DNA of 64,000 nucleotides from an uncultured delta proteobacterium (lineage in GTDB: Bacteria > Myxococcota_A > Polyangia > Polyangiales > B10-G4). Shown piece by piece: positions 21,505 through 30,950 of this stretch. The notes under the pieces were generated by a model. The model had not been told where the DNA came from. It did no database searches and saw only the letters and a list, made by a program, of their open reading frames with translations. The translations under genes were made by a program, and so were the position numbers. The first letter of the stretch is position 1; every line of letters begins with the position of its first letter. The stretch covers positions 32,001 through 96,000 of the forward strand of contig CAVSGI010000017.1 of assembly GCA_963727445.1 (NCBI GenBank), given 5' to 3'.

Positions 21505-22521
21505 CTACGCGCTCCTCAGAAGGAGCGTGACCCGCGCCCCGCCTTCGGGGCGGTTGGAGATCGAAAGGCGCCCATCGTGGGCCTCGACGATCTGCTTCGC
21601 GGTAGGCAGCCCCAATCCAGCACGGCGGGCACCGGTCGTGAAGAACGGCTCGAAGACCCGGGGCAAGACCTCGGCTGGGATGCCTGGACCGGTGTCGTCG
21701 ATGGTCACGATCGCCAGGCCTTCGTGCGTCCGGTGGGTGACCGTGACGCGTCCCCCTTCCCCGCAGGCCTGCGCCGCGTTGAGCAACAAATCGGACAAGA
21801 GCACGCCGAGAAGGCGCGGGTCTGCTCGCACCTCGGTGGGCTCGCCGGTCACCGTGATCTCGACGCCCGCGACCGCAGGATCGCTGGCGATGAGTTGGCG
21901 GGCGTGGCTGAGGCACGAGGAAAGAGACAGCGTCTGAAAGTGTGGCTTCGTGGGTCTGGCGTAGCGCACGACGCGATCGATCAACGCGTCGAGCTCGCCG
22001 ATCCGATTGGTGATGGTGTGGAGGATCTCCTGCTCCGCCGCGTGCGCGGGCAGGCGATCACGGATGATGTCCGCCGCACCCCGGATCCCCGCGAGGGGAT
22101 TCTTGACCTCGTGTGCGATCAGCGACGCCAGCGCCCCGAGATGCGCGCTCGCCACCTCGCCGTCCGCCGGCGGATCGTCGTCCACCGACCGCCTGTCTGT
22201 CGCCACGATCCAGAGGCGCTGGGCGGGCGCGGGTTCGGCGGCGGTCGTCATCGCAACCACCAGATGTCCACAGACGGTGCTCCCGTCCTTCTTGACGAAG
22301 GTCGCCACGCCCGCCTCGGGCGCGAGCGCCACCGGGAGCGAGATGGTGAGGACGCTTTCATCTACGAGCTCCGTCCCCGCCGCGTATCCGAGGAATTCCG
22401 CGAACGCTCCGTTCGCGTAGACGATTCGGTCGTCGCCGCCGATGACGGCGATGGCCAGAGCCAGAGCTTCGAAAGCAGCGTACGTTGAAAGACGACTCGA
22501 CATCCGACTCACGACCTGCAT
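21505..22521 (-). CDS. PAS-domain NtrB-like histidine kinase (start uncertain)
   Basis: IVYANGAF..LGY (PAS); AHEVKNPL; DTGPGI, FEPFFTT, GLGL. Confidence 0.9.
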   Translation of the reverse strand: MQVVSRMSSRLSTYAAFEALALAIAVIGGDDRIVYANGAFAEFLGYAAGTELVDESVLTISLPVALAPEAGVATFVKKDGSTVCGHLVVAMTTAAEPAPAQRLWIVATDRRSVDDDPPADGEVASAHLGALASLIAHEVKNPLAGIRGAADIIRDRLPAHAAEQEILHTITNRIGELDALIDRVVRYARPTKPHFQTLSLSSCLSHARQLIASDPAVAGVEITVTGEPTEVRADPRLLGVLLSDLLLNAAQACGEGGRVTVTHRTHEGLAIVTIDDTGPGIPAEVLPRVFEPFFTTGARRAGLGLPTAKQIVEAHDGRLSISNRPEGGARVTLLLRSA

Positions 22522-22616
22522 GGGCGCCTCGTTGCGCGAAAAATGCGCCGCTCGTTGCGCGTGCACGCGGGAGCGCGGGGACTATGTACACTCGCCTGGG
22601 GGGTTTGCACACTCGG

Positions 22617-24038
22617 ATGGAAGAGGCTGCTGCTCGAAACGATGAGGGCGGCGTCCGGAAGCTTCGGCGCTCGGCAACGATCCTCGTCGTCGACGACGAG
22701 GAGCTGATCCGTTGGTCGCTCCGCCAGCGCCTCGAGGAGGAGGGGTTCGATGTGATCGAGGCGGCCGACGGCGCGAGCGCGCTCGGTCTCTTCGACGCCG
22801 GTGTGGACCTCGTCCTTCTCGACTACAAACTGCCGGACACGGATGGGCTCGTGCTGCTCTCGGTGATGAAGGAGCACGACGAAGACGTTCCGGTCGTCCT
22901 TCTGACGGCGTTCTCTTCGATCGAGCGCGCTGTGGATGCCATGCGGCAAGGAGCGTTTCATTTCGTAGCCAAGCCTTTCGATGTCGACGAGGTGGTGGCC
23001 ATCGCCGAGCGAGCCCTCGAGACCACCGCGCTGCGGCGCGAGGTGCGACGTCTGCGGGGACAGCGAAACGAAAATAGCCTCGCGTCCATCGTGGGCGAGT
23101 CGCCCGCCATGCGAGAGGTCAAACGGTTGCTCGCGAGATTCGCGAGCAGCGCCGGTGGAACGATCCTGCTCACCGGCGAGAGCGGGACAGGCAAGGACCT
23201 CGCCGCACACGCCTGCCACGCCGCCAGCCTGCGCGCGGACGGTCCGTTCCTCAACATCACCTGCTCCGCCCTTCCCGAGGCGCTCCTCGAGAGCGAGCTC
23301 TTCGGCCACGAGCGAGGAGCGTTCACCGACGCCCGCCAGCAGAAGAAGGGGTTGCTCGAGGAGGCCGACACCGGAACCGTTTTCCTGGACGAGATCGGCG
23401 AGATGACCCCGGCGCTTCAGGCGAAGCTGCTGCGCTTCCTGGAGGAGCACACCTTTCGGCGGGTGGGCGGCTCCGCGGAGATACAGCCGAACGTCCGCGT
23501 GATCGCCGCGACCAACCGCGATCTGGCCGACATGGTCGAGAAGGGCACCTTCCGCGAAGATCTCTACTACCGACTGACGGTTCTCCACGTCCACCTTCCA
23601 CCGCTCCGCGAGCGCCGGGAGGACATCGCTCCACTGGCGCGGCTCTTCGTCGACCGATTCAACCGCGAGCTCGGCAAGCGCGTATGCAAGCTCAGCGCCA
23701 AGGCGCTGACCGAGCTGGAGACGTACCCCTGGCCCGGCAACATCCGGGAGCTGCGCAATGCGGTCGAGCGGGCGGTGCTGCTGGCAGAGGGCGACGTCCT
23801 CGAGCCCTCGGACTTCTCGGCCATGCATCGAAGCGAACGGCCGCGCGCGTCCTCCGCCCTGGAGCTGCCCGCCGAAGGCGTCGACCTCGCCGAGCTCGAG
23901 CGGAGCTTCGTCGTGCAGGCGCTCGAGCGCACCGGTGGCAACCAGAGCCGCGCCGCGCGCCTCTTGGGGATCAACCGGGACCAGATCCGCTACCGGATCG
24001 AAAAGTACGGTCTCCGGGACACGTTGCCCAAGAGCTGA
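22617..24038 (+). CDS. Sigma54-dependent response regulator (REC-AAA+-Fis HTH)
   Basis: ILVVDDE; GESGTGK; ESELFGHERGAFTDA; FLDEIGE; WPGNIREL; NQSRAARLLGI. Confidence 0.95.
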   Translation: MEEAAARNDEGGVRKLRRSATILVVDDEELIRWSLRQRLEEEGFDVIEAADGASALGLFDAGVDLVLLDYKLPDTDGLVLLSVMKEHDEDVPVVLLTAFSSIERAVDAMRQGAFHFVAKPFDVDEVVAIAERALETTALRREVRRLRGQRNENSLASIVGESPAMREVKRLLARFASSAGGTILLTGESGTGKDLAAHACHAASLRADGPFLNITCSALPEALLESELFGHERGAFTDARQQKKGLLEEADTGTVFLDEIGEMTPALQAKLLRFLEEHTFRRVGGSAEIQPNVRVIAATNRDLADMVEKGTFREDLYYRLTVLHVHLPPLRERREDIAPLARLFVDRFNRELGKRVCKLSAKALTELETYPWPGNIRELRNAVERAVLLAEGDVLEPSDFSAMHRSERPRASSALELPAEGVDLAELERSFVVQALERTGGNQSRAARLLGINRDQIRYRIEKYGLRDTLPKS

Positions 24039-24047
24039 ACCCGCCGG

Positions 24048-24497
24048 TCAACCAGCCCGCGCCTCCTGGTCCTCGCCGGGGGCGGAGGCCTCCTGGGTGC
24101 GCGCCGATGGCACGTTCAGGCAACCACGGAAGGCGTGTTTCAGCGCAATCTCGAGCGCGTCGATGGGCAGAGGCTTTGCGTGGATGGATGTGAAGAGCGC
24201 GCAGTCCGCGGGTTGGAGCTTCTCGAGCGCACCGGTGACGAGGAGCATCGGTGGCGCGGCTGCGCCACGCCGCTCAGCGACCCGCCGCGCCAGGGCGACG
24301 CCCGACATCCGCGGCATCTGGAAATCGAGGATCAAGGCATCCACGTGTTCGAGGGGCAGGTTCTCCGCAGCGATCTCCGGATCGTCGAAGAGGATGACGC
24401 GATGTCCGAGGCTCGCGAGGAGCCGCCCCGTGGATCGGAGGACCAGCCCGTTGTCATCCACCACCGCGATGACGCGGGATTCGGCAACCTGCTTCAT
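24048..24497 (-). CDS. Single-domain response regulator
   Basis: AVVDDN, LILDFQMPRMSG, LVTG, AKP. Confidence 0.85.
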   Translation of the reverse strand: MKQVAESRVIAVVDDNGLVLRSTGRLLASLGHRVILFDDPEIAAENLPLEHVDALILDFQMPRMSGVALARRVAERRGAAAPPMLLVTGALEKLQPADCALFTSIHAKPLPIDALEIALKHAFRGCLNVPSARTQEASAPGEDQEARAG

Positions 24498-24509
24498 GTG
24501 AACACGGCG

Positions 24510-24525
24510 AGCAAGGTTCGTGCCC
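24510..24525 (-). promoter_or_regulatory. Sigma54 promoter
   Basis: Minus strand GGGCACGAACCTTGCT. Confidence 0.7.
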
Positions 24526-24564
24526 TGTGCAGAGTGGGCGCCGTTCGCGGACCACTCGCGGGGG

Positions 24565-24602
24565 GTGGGAAAGATCCCCCCATGGAGGGGAGAATCCCCC
24601 AC
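24565..24602. promoter_or_regulatory. Paired candidate upstream activator sites
   Basis: GTGGGAAAGATCCCCCCAT and GGGGAGAATCCCCCAC, imperfect palindromes about 20 bp apart. Confidence 0.55.
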
Positions 24603-24636
24603 CTCCCGTGGCGCACGCGCGGCCACCTCGCTGAGC

Positions 24637-25962
24637 CTACCGAGCGAGCTTCCTGAGTCGTCGCGGAGCTCCTCCGCCCGCGCCGGCGCGAAGCAGCGCC
24701 AGCATCTCGCCAATTGGCAGCGTGTTGATGACGTCCTGGGCCTCTGCCCACCCCCGTCGCGCCCTTTGGAGACCGTAGGTCTCGACGTAACGGAGCTCTT
24801 CGACATCGTGAGCGTCGGAGCCGATGGCGATTCGCACGCCGGCCTCGACGGCGCGGCGGATCGACGGGGCCGGCAGATCGAGGCGGTGGGGCTGGGAGCT
24901 CAGCTCGAGCACCGTCCCTGTGCGCGCGCAAGCGGCGAGGAGCGCGGTGAAGTCGATGTCGGCGGGGCGGTGCGCGCGGAGCGATCGATTGGTCGGATGA
25001 AACAACACGTGAACGTCGGGGTTTTCGACCGCGCCAACGAGTCGTCGCGTCATCTCGTGGCGCGGCTGGTCGACGTGCGAGTGAACGGCGGCGCCGACGA
25101 TGTCGAGCTCTGCCAGCGGGGCATCTTCGGCTTCGAGACTCCCGTCGGGGCGAACGTCGACCTTGGCGCCGGCGAGGACGGCGATCCCGGAGGTGCCGCG
25201 ATCCACTTCGCGAATGGCGGCGAGCCGCTCGCGAAGGCCGTGCGCATCCATCCCCGCGGTCACTGGAAGGCTGATCACGACGTACTCGCGCCCCAGATCC
25301 CGAGCTGCCTGAGCCATGGCCTCGATCGACGCGGGCTGATTCTTCCAATCCGCATGGACCTGGAGGTCTCCACGTATGTCGAAGGCGCGAACGAAGTCCG
25401 GGAGTCGACCTTGAATCGCGAGCTCCACCTCGCCGGTGTCCTCGCGCACCTCGGGCGGGACGAAGCTCATCCCCAGCGCGGCGTAGACCCCCTCCTCGGT
25501 ACGACCGGCGACCGGAAGCGTGCCACGAAAGAGGCCGTACTCGTTGAGCACCAGGCCCTTCCGTCGTGCGATCTTCCGAAGCGCGACGTCGTGGCCCCTG
25601 CTGCCGGTGAAATGCACGAGCGCGGCGCCGAAGCTCTCCGGCCGCACGGCCCAGAGGACGCCGTCGAGCCCATGGCTCAGGCGCACCCGGGTCATGGTCG
25701 GGCTCCGGGCGAGCACGCTCTGCACCTCCGGCAGCGCGGCGAACGTGTTCGCGACGCGCCTGAAATCGTTCGTCGCGACCAGCAGGTCGATGTCGCCGAT
25801 CGTGTCGCGGCGCCGGCGTATCGATCCGACGATCGCGGCCGCCTGCACCCCGCGCACCTTCGCCAGGGAAGCCTCGAGCGCCCGGGCCACATCCATGACG
25901 TCGCCCAATGGTCTGCGGGTATCGTCGGAGTCAATCGATGATTCGTCGTGCACGGACGTCAC
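24637..25962 (-). CDS. polX: N-terminally truncated, degenerate DNA polymerase X-PHP protein
   Basis: GSIRRRRDTIGDIDLL, HFTGS, LNEYGLF, PPEVRE, PHP motif GSDAH; N-terminal domains absent. Confidence 0.85.
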   Translation of the reverse strand: MTSVHDESSIDSDDTRRPLGDVMDVARALEASLAKVRGVQAAAIVGSIRRRRDTIGDIDLLVATNDFRRVANTFAALPEVQSVLARSPTMTRVRLSHGLDGVLWAVRPESFGAALVHFTGSRGHDVALRKIARRKGLVLNEYGLFRGTLPVAGRTEEGVYAALGMSFVPPEVREDTGEVELAIQGRLPDFVRAFDIRGDLQVHADWKNQPASIEAMAQAARDLGREYVVISLPVTAGMDAHGLRERLAAIREVDRGTSGIAVLAGAKVDVRPDGSLEAEDAPLAELDIVGAAVHSHVDQPRHEMTRRLVGAVENPDVHVLFHPTNRSLRAHRPADIDFTALLAACARTGTVLELSSQPHRLDLPAPSIRRAVEAGVRIAIGSDAHDVEELRYVETYGLQRARRGWAEAQDVINTLPIGEMLALLRAGAGGGAPRRLRKLAR

Positions 25963-26312
25963 TCTCCCCGTGCCCGATAGGCACCCCGCCAGTACTGCTC
26001 GATCAGTCGCTCCCCGGTGAAGAAGGAGCCGTTGAGGGTGATGACGTGGCGCATGATCCGCCTGAACCCCTCGGGACTGCCGAAGTAGAGCCGCACGACG
26101 CTCTCGAGCTTCTGGTAGAAGAGCTCGACCTCGGTCGCGGGATCGACGGCTTGCTTCCAGCTATCGCCGACGGACCAGCCGGCGACGCCGGCGAGGTCCA
26201 TGTCGTAGCCCTCCAGGTAGACGATGTCGATGGCGTCTCGAAGCTCTTCCGCGTGCCTGAAGATGCGCCGAATCATCTCCTTGCCCCCCTCGTCGCCCGG
26301 GTGGGCCTTGCC
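25959..26312 (-). pseudogene. glgP: Alpha-glucan phosphorylase C-terminal remnant with internal deletion
   Basis: GKAHPGDEGGKEMIRRIF..IVYLEGYDMDL joined directly to GVAGWSVG..MRHVITLNGSFF; EASGTSGMK segment missing. Confidence 0.75.
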
Positions 26313-26402
26313 TTTAACCCTGCCGATGCACCAGCGTGACGCCCAAAGCTGCGGTGCCCGGGCGGGACCTCGGCCATCTCCGCCGATCGATCGAGCGACG
26401 GA

Positions 26403-26894
26403 TCACTCCGCCGCGGCGGCGCGTCGTCGATCGCGGGCGACCGCGATCTCCGAGCGCGGCTGGCAAACGGCGGCGAGGGTCTCTGTGACCGCGCGCTCCA
26501 TCCCGTTGCGCTTGCGCGAGCTGGCCGCGTGCCGCGCGATGTCGTTGAGCGACAGCAAGCCCACCGGACGTTTCTCCGAGTCCACGATCGGGATCCGACG
26601 GATCTGCATTCTCTGCATCAGGCGCTCGGCGTTCTCGATGGCCTCGTTCGGACGGCTGGTGTGCACCGTGGTCGCCATCGCCGAGCTCAGCGCAATGGCC
26701 TCGAGGGGCTTCCCCTGGGTGTAGGCCGCCATGCAGATGTCGCGGTCTGTGATCATTCCGGTGACGCGACCTTCATCGTTCAAGACCGGCAGGGCGCCGC
26801 AGTCGTTCTCCCACATCAGGCGCGCTGCAGCCTCGAGGCTGTCGTTCGCGTGACACGTCACCGCGGGCTTGCTCATGATCTCTAGAATCTCCAT
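26403..26894 (-). CDS. CBS domain protein (paralog of 10956-11450)
   Basis: LMWENDCGALPV, TDRDICMAAYTQG, LSLNDIARH; RBS AGGAGGA. Confidence 0.9.
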   Translation of the reverse strand: MEILEIMSKPAVTCHANDSLEAAARLMWENDCGALPVLNDEGRVTGMITDRDICMAAYTQGKPLEAIALSSAMATTVHTSRPNEAIENAERLMQRMQIRRIPIVDSEKRPVGLLSLNDIARHAASSRKRNGMERAVTETLAAVCQPRSEIAVARDRRRAAAAE

Positions 26895-26939
26895 GGGTCC
26901 TCCTGGTTACGGCCGCCGTGTTGGGGCCCGCGGCCCTGA

Positions 26940-26955
26940 TGCACGCATCGCGCCA
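26940..26955 (-). promoter_or_regulatory. Sigma54 promoter
   Basis: Minus strand TGGCGCGATGCGTGCA upstream of the CBS gene. Confidence 0.6.
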
Positions 26956-26964
26956 TCGAGGCGT

Positions 26965-27035
26965 CCGTGATTCTCACGGCAGTCTCATGGTCGGGAGTGC
27001 GAGATTTTCCGTGGCGTGTGTGGAGGATCTCCCGC
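26965..27035. promoter_or_regulatory. Palindrome plus paired candidate activator sites
   Basis: CCGTGA-TTC-TCACGG; GTGCGAGATTTTCCGTG; GTGTGGAGGATCTCCCGC between divergent promoters. Confidence 0.45.
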
Positions 27036-27087
27036 GGACCGACCTGCCGCGCGCTTCGATGATTGCGAGGGCCATGGGAACGTGAGC

Positions 27088-27103
27088 CGGCCTACTCCTT
27101 GCT
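27088..27103 (+). promoter_or_regulatory. Sigma54 promoter
   Basis: CGGCCTACTCCTTGCT, then RBS GGAGG and ATG 27128. Confidence 0.6.
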
Positions 27104-27127
27104 GGCGATCGGTCCGGAGGTCCCAAG

Positions 27128-27301
27128 ATGATGACATCGGACATTCTCTGGTGGGTCACCGTCGTTCTCGCGGCAGGCTGGGTTGCGAGCGTCGTCAACG
27201 TGGACGCGCCCGGAATCCTCACCCATCTGCTCCTCGTGGGGGCCGTGGGGGTCGCCGTCGCTCGGAAGGTCGCGTTGACGCGTCGCTCTCACTCAGAGTG
27301 A
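27128..27301 (+). CDS. Small two-TM membrane protein, lmo0937/DUF5670-like (57 aa, absent from ORF track)
   Basis: MMTSDILWWVTVVLAAGWVASVVNVDAPGILTHLLLVGAVGVAVARKVALTRRSHSE; RBS GGAGG. Confidence 0.7.
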   Translation: MMTSDILWWVTVVLAAGWVASVVNVDAPGILTHLLLVGAVGVAVARKVALTRRSHSE

Positions 27302-27310
27302 GGAGACCCG

Positions 27311-29250
27311 ATGAACGAAGCAGAAGCTGCCCTTCGCACCGAGCGCGACTTCGCGGAGGGCCTCCTCGATACGGCGCCGGTGATCGTGCTCGTCCTCGAC
27401 ACGAAAGGACGAATCGTTCGCTACAACCCGTATCTCGAGCGCATCTCCGGGCGCCGCTTCGAAGAGGTCGAGGGCGCCGATTGGTTCGAGACCTTCGTGC
27501 CCGAGGAGCTGCGGCGCGAGAGGTGGGAGACCTTCTCGCGAGCACTCCAAGGCGAGTGGGCGGGAGAGCTCGTGAGGCCGATCGTGACGAAGGACGGACA
27601 GATCCGCGAGATCGAGTGGTGCCACACGGAGCTCACGGCGCCGGGGGAGAGCTTCGCGGCCTTCTGGGGGTAGGCCGGGACGTCACCGACCAGCGTCGCT
27701 TCGAGCGAGAAGCGCGCCACGCCCAGAAGATGGAAGCGGTCGGCACGCTCGCGGCGGGGATCGCGCACGACTTCAACAACCTCTTGATGGGAATCATGGG
27801 GATGGCCGAGATGGCCGAGAACAGACTCCACGATCCCGAGATGGTGGCGAGCCACATTCGGGAGATCCGAAATGCGACGAAGAGCGGCGTCTCCATCGTC
27901 AGTCAGCTCCTGACCTTCAGCAAGAGGAGCGCGCTCGAGCGCACGGAGGTCGAGGTCGATCGTGCGCTCGAAGCATCCGCCGCCATGCTGGGGACGCTTC
28001 TCGGAGAAGGCGTGAGGCTCGAAACCAGCCTCGATGCGAAGGGCGCGCGCGTGCTCCTCGCGCCCGGCCATCTCGAGCAGATCATGATGAACCTGGCGGC
28101 GAATGCGCGTCATGCCATGCCCAGCGGGGGCGTCTTCAGCGTCGAGACCTCCTGGACCTCACTCGACCCGGACGAGGCGAGGGCCAAAGAAGTGCGCCCC
28201 GGTCGCTTCCTCCGCCTTCGTGTGTGCGATACGGGCATCGGCATGGACGAGCCGACGCGCGCGCGCGTCTTCGAGCCCTTCTTCACTACGAAGCGCGACG
28301 CGGGGACCGGGCTCGGGCTGTCGACGATCTATGGAATCGTGAGAGGGTGCGAGGGGCACGTCGAGGTCGAGAGCTCGCCTGGCGTTGCGACGACATTCAC
28401 GCTCCTCTTGCCCCACGCCAGGACCTGTGAGGCGCTCGAGCGCCCCCCACAGCAGGTTCAGCTCGGCCAGGACGAGCCGACCGTCCTGATTGTCGAGGAC
28501 GAGGAGCTCGTTCGGATGACGGTTTGTCACTACCTCTGCAAGGCCGGCTACGCCGTGCGCGAGGCAGCCAGCGCAGAGCAGGCCCTCGAACTGTGCCGCG
28601 CGCACCGCGTGGCGGCGGTTCTCAGTGATGCGGCGCTACCGGGGCTCTCCGGACCGGAGCTCATCCACCGCCTGGAGCAGGAGGGCTTGCAAATCCCGGT
28701 CGCGTTGATGAGCGCCTACCCCCGGGACGTGCTCCTCGAGCGCCACGAGCGCATCCCGCCCGAGACTCCGACGATTCAGAAGCCTTTCTCCCAAGAGGAG
28801 GCGGTGGCGCTGGTCGACCGCCTGGTGAAAGCCGACGAGGCGTCGGCGCCGCCTGCCGAAGTCACAGGCTGCGAGATCTCCGTCCCCCCCGTCGTCCTGC
28901 TCCTCGAGGACAATGCGGTCGCCCGATCGGCGGTCGAAGAGTTGTTCGCCGACCTGCGCTATGAGCTCATGGCCGCCTCCGACATCGGCGACGCCCTCGA
29001 GCTGGTGCAGGCACGGGGAGGTGTCGATTTGGTGCTCACCGACATCCGCCTCCCGGATGGGACGGGACCCGAGCTCATCGAACGACTCAGAAAGATTTAT
29101 CCGGGCGCGCGCGCCGTCTACGTGAGTGGGCTCCCGCGCGACGAAGAGATCGACGCGGTGGTCGAGCGCCACCGCGCGGTCTTCGTCCAGAAGCCCGTCG
29201 ACTTCTCGACGCTGGCGGAGGTCGTGGAGCGGCAGCTCGCGGCGGACTGA
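27311..29250 (+). CDS. PAS hybrid histidine kinase with two receiver domains (frameshift in G-run near 27645)
   Basis: PAS GRIVRYNP; AQKMEAVGTLAAGIAHDFNNLL; NARHAMP; GTGLGLS; two REC domains. Confidence 0.9.
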
Positions 29251-29267
29251 GACACGCGCGCGCCGGT

Positions 29268-29522
29268 TCACGCGGCGAAGGGCTCCTCCTCTTCCTCTTC
29301 TTCCTGGTCGCCCTCACCCGGGAGACCGGCGGTGGCGCGCAGCCGGCACAGGCGCTCGACGTCGTCGACCAGCGCCGCGACATCATCGGCACGAAAGAGA
29401 GTACTGCGGCTCATCGCTCGCAGCGCGGGAAGGGAGAATGCGCCCTCGGCGACGATCGCGAGCACGTCCGCGTCACTCATCGTGGCAACGATATCGGCCG
29501 CGAGTCCCGTCAAGCTACTCAC
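29268..29522 (-). CDS. Small hypothetical protein with poly-Glu tail
   Basis: GTG start overlaps upstream stop (GTGA). Confidence 0.45.
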   Translation of the reverse strand: MSSLTGLAADIVATMSDADVLAIVAEGAFSLPALRAMSRSTLFRADDVAALVDDVERLCRLRATAGLPGEGDQEEEEEEEPFAA

Positions 29523-29869
29523 GATGCCTGCTCCGTCATGTGCTCGAGCCCCCAGGCGATGTCCACCGAGCCACCCCAATCGAGTGCTGCAGCCGCACGG
29601 TCGCCGGCACGGACGAAGGCGGTCGCGATGGCGCTCGACCAGTCGACGTGTGAGGCGATGGCCCAGACCGGGGCGCCGTGCACCTCGAGGGAGACAGTGG
29701 CCTCGACTTGCAACTCCGAGCCGAGCCGTCGGACGGCTTGCAGCTGGACGTGGCACGGCGATCGCACTTGGCTCGCGAGCAGATCACCGCACTCCCGTGC
29801 TCGACGAACGATCCTTTCGTCGAATGGCAGGCCCCTCACGGTCACACTCGTTGCGTAGTGGCGCGTCAT
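29519..29869 (-). CDS. Divergent HPF/RaiA-like protein
   Basis: VTVRGLPFDERI..CHVQL..VSLEVHGAPV..HVDWSSAIATAF resembles the HPF pattern; RBS GGAGGG. Confidence 0.5.
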   Translation of the reverse strand: MTRHYATSVTVRGLPFDERIVRRARECGDLLASQVRSPCHVQLQAVRRLGSELQVEATVSLEVHGAPVWAIASHVDWSSAIATAFVRAGDRAAAALDWGGSVDIAWGLEHMTEQAS

Positions 29870-29897
29870 GTGTTTCGCCCTCCGTCCGAGGACGGAG

Positions 29898-29913
29898 AGC
29901 AACGAGCGTGCCC
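29898..29913 (-). promoter_or_regulatory. Sigma54 promoter
   Basis: Minus strand GGGCACGCTCGTTGCT. Confidence 0.7.
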
Positions 29914-29999
29914 ACGCCGGCAGTCGCCCCCCTCGGGCATGAATGGGCGGGACGGCTGTGAGATCTCATCGGCGGTCGTCTCTCCCCACGGTCCGGATC

Positions 30000-30036
30000 G
30001 CGAGATCCTCCGCAGGTGCGGGGAAGATTTTCCCTG
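30000..30036. promoter_or_regulatory. Paired candidate activator sites
   Basis: GCGAGATCCTCCGCA and GCGGGGAAGATTTTCCCTG; AGAT cores 22 bp apart. Confidence 0.5.
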
Positions 30037-30074
30037 CCCGCCTCTTGGAGCGAGCCATCCGCAGGCCGGCCGGG

Positions 30075-30090
30075 TGGCATGCCCCGTGCT
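30075..30090 (+). promoter_or_regulatory. Sigma54 promoter
   Basis: TGGCATGCCCCGTGCT. Confidence 0.65.
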
Positions 30091-30130
30091 CCGGATAACG
30101 CGAGGAGGGGCAAGCGCAGGGAAGCACCTC

Positions 30131-30943
30131 ATGAAGAAGCGAACATTCGAAGTCGGGAACCTGGAGCGGGTCCGCGAGCCTTATCTGTTTCGAGAAAAGG
30201 AGATCCGGCTGCAGATGCGTCGGTGCGGGGGTGACGATTGGGTGGGGTGCAGCTGCCCGACGGTGCGCGACGAGCGCGGTGAGGTGATCGGACTGTTGAC
30301 CGTCTGCCCGCCCCACATGGTGGAAGACAGCGCTGGATGCATGACTGCCAGGAAGACCCGCCCCTCGTTTGGGGGTCAGGTCGCGCTCGTCGACGCACTG
30401 CAGGCGATGGTCCGGCAGGGGTGGTCGCAGGTCGAAATCGCCGATAGGCACGGGGAGCGCTGCGTGCAGCTCGACCTGTCTGCGCTCGCGGACACGGTCC
30501 GTGCGAACGAGCTACCCGGGGAGGTCTCGGTCCGGGCCCTGCCGGCATCGCACCTGCCGAGGCGCCATCGCATCGTCATCGCCGCGGTGACCGCGCCGCT
30601 GCTCCTCTTTTCCGGCGCCCTGGCCCTGGTGCCAGCGTTCGGAGCCCTCATCCCCTTCGGGCTGTTGCTGGTCCTCGCCGTCGCGCTCCCGCTGCTGCCT
30701 GCGCTGAAGAGCGCCCCACGCGCGCGGAGCAGGGCTGGCGCGCGGGGCTTCGTGACCGACGTCTCGACGCACGCGGAAACGGACCAGGCGCCCGCGCCGA
30801 AGAGCGCACCTCCACGCCGCCGAGCTGGTCCCTCCTCGGCTCCCCGACCGTCATCTTCGGGCGTGTTTCCGGCACATTCGGCACATCGAGAGGCAGCGGA
30901 GGAAGAGCAACCTGCGTCACGGGGTCCCTCGCGCGTCGCGTGA
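30131..30943 (+). CDS. Hypothetical membrane protein
   Basis: MKKRTFEVG...; hydrophobic hairpin near the C-terminus; follows a sigma54 motif. Confidence 0.55.
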   Translation: MKKRTFEVGNLERVREPYLFREKEIRLQMRRCGGDDWVGCSCPTVRDERGEVIGLLTVCPPHMVEDSAGCMTARKTRPSFGGQVALVDALQAMVRQGWSQVEIADRHGERCVQLDLSALADTVRANELPGEVSVRALPASHLPRRHRIVIAAVTAPLLLFSGALALVPAFGALIPFGLLLVLAVALPLLPALKSAPRARSRAGARGFVTDVSTHAETDQAPAPKSAPPRRRAGPSSAPRPSSSGVFPAHSAHREAAEEEQPASRGPSRVA

Positions 30944-30950
30944 ACGCTCC

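Noticed and set aside
23300..23335. GAFTDA instead of GAFTGA as evidence of an inactive activator
   Set aside because: The Phe-Thr contact residues and all AAA+ motifs are intact; the variant alone does not support that claim
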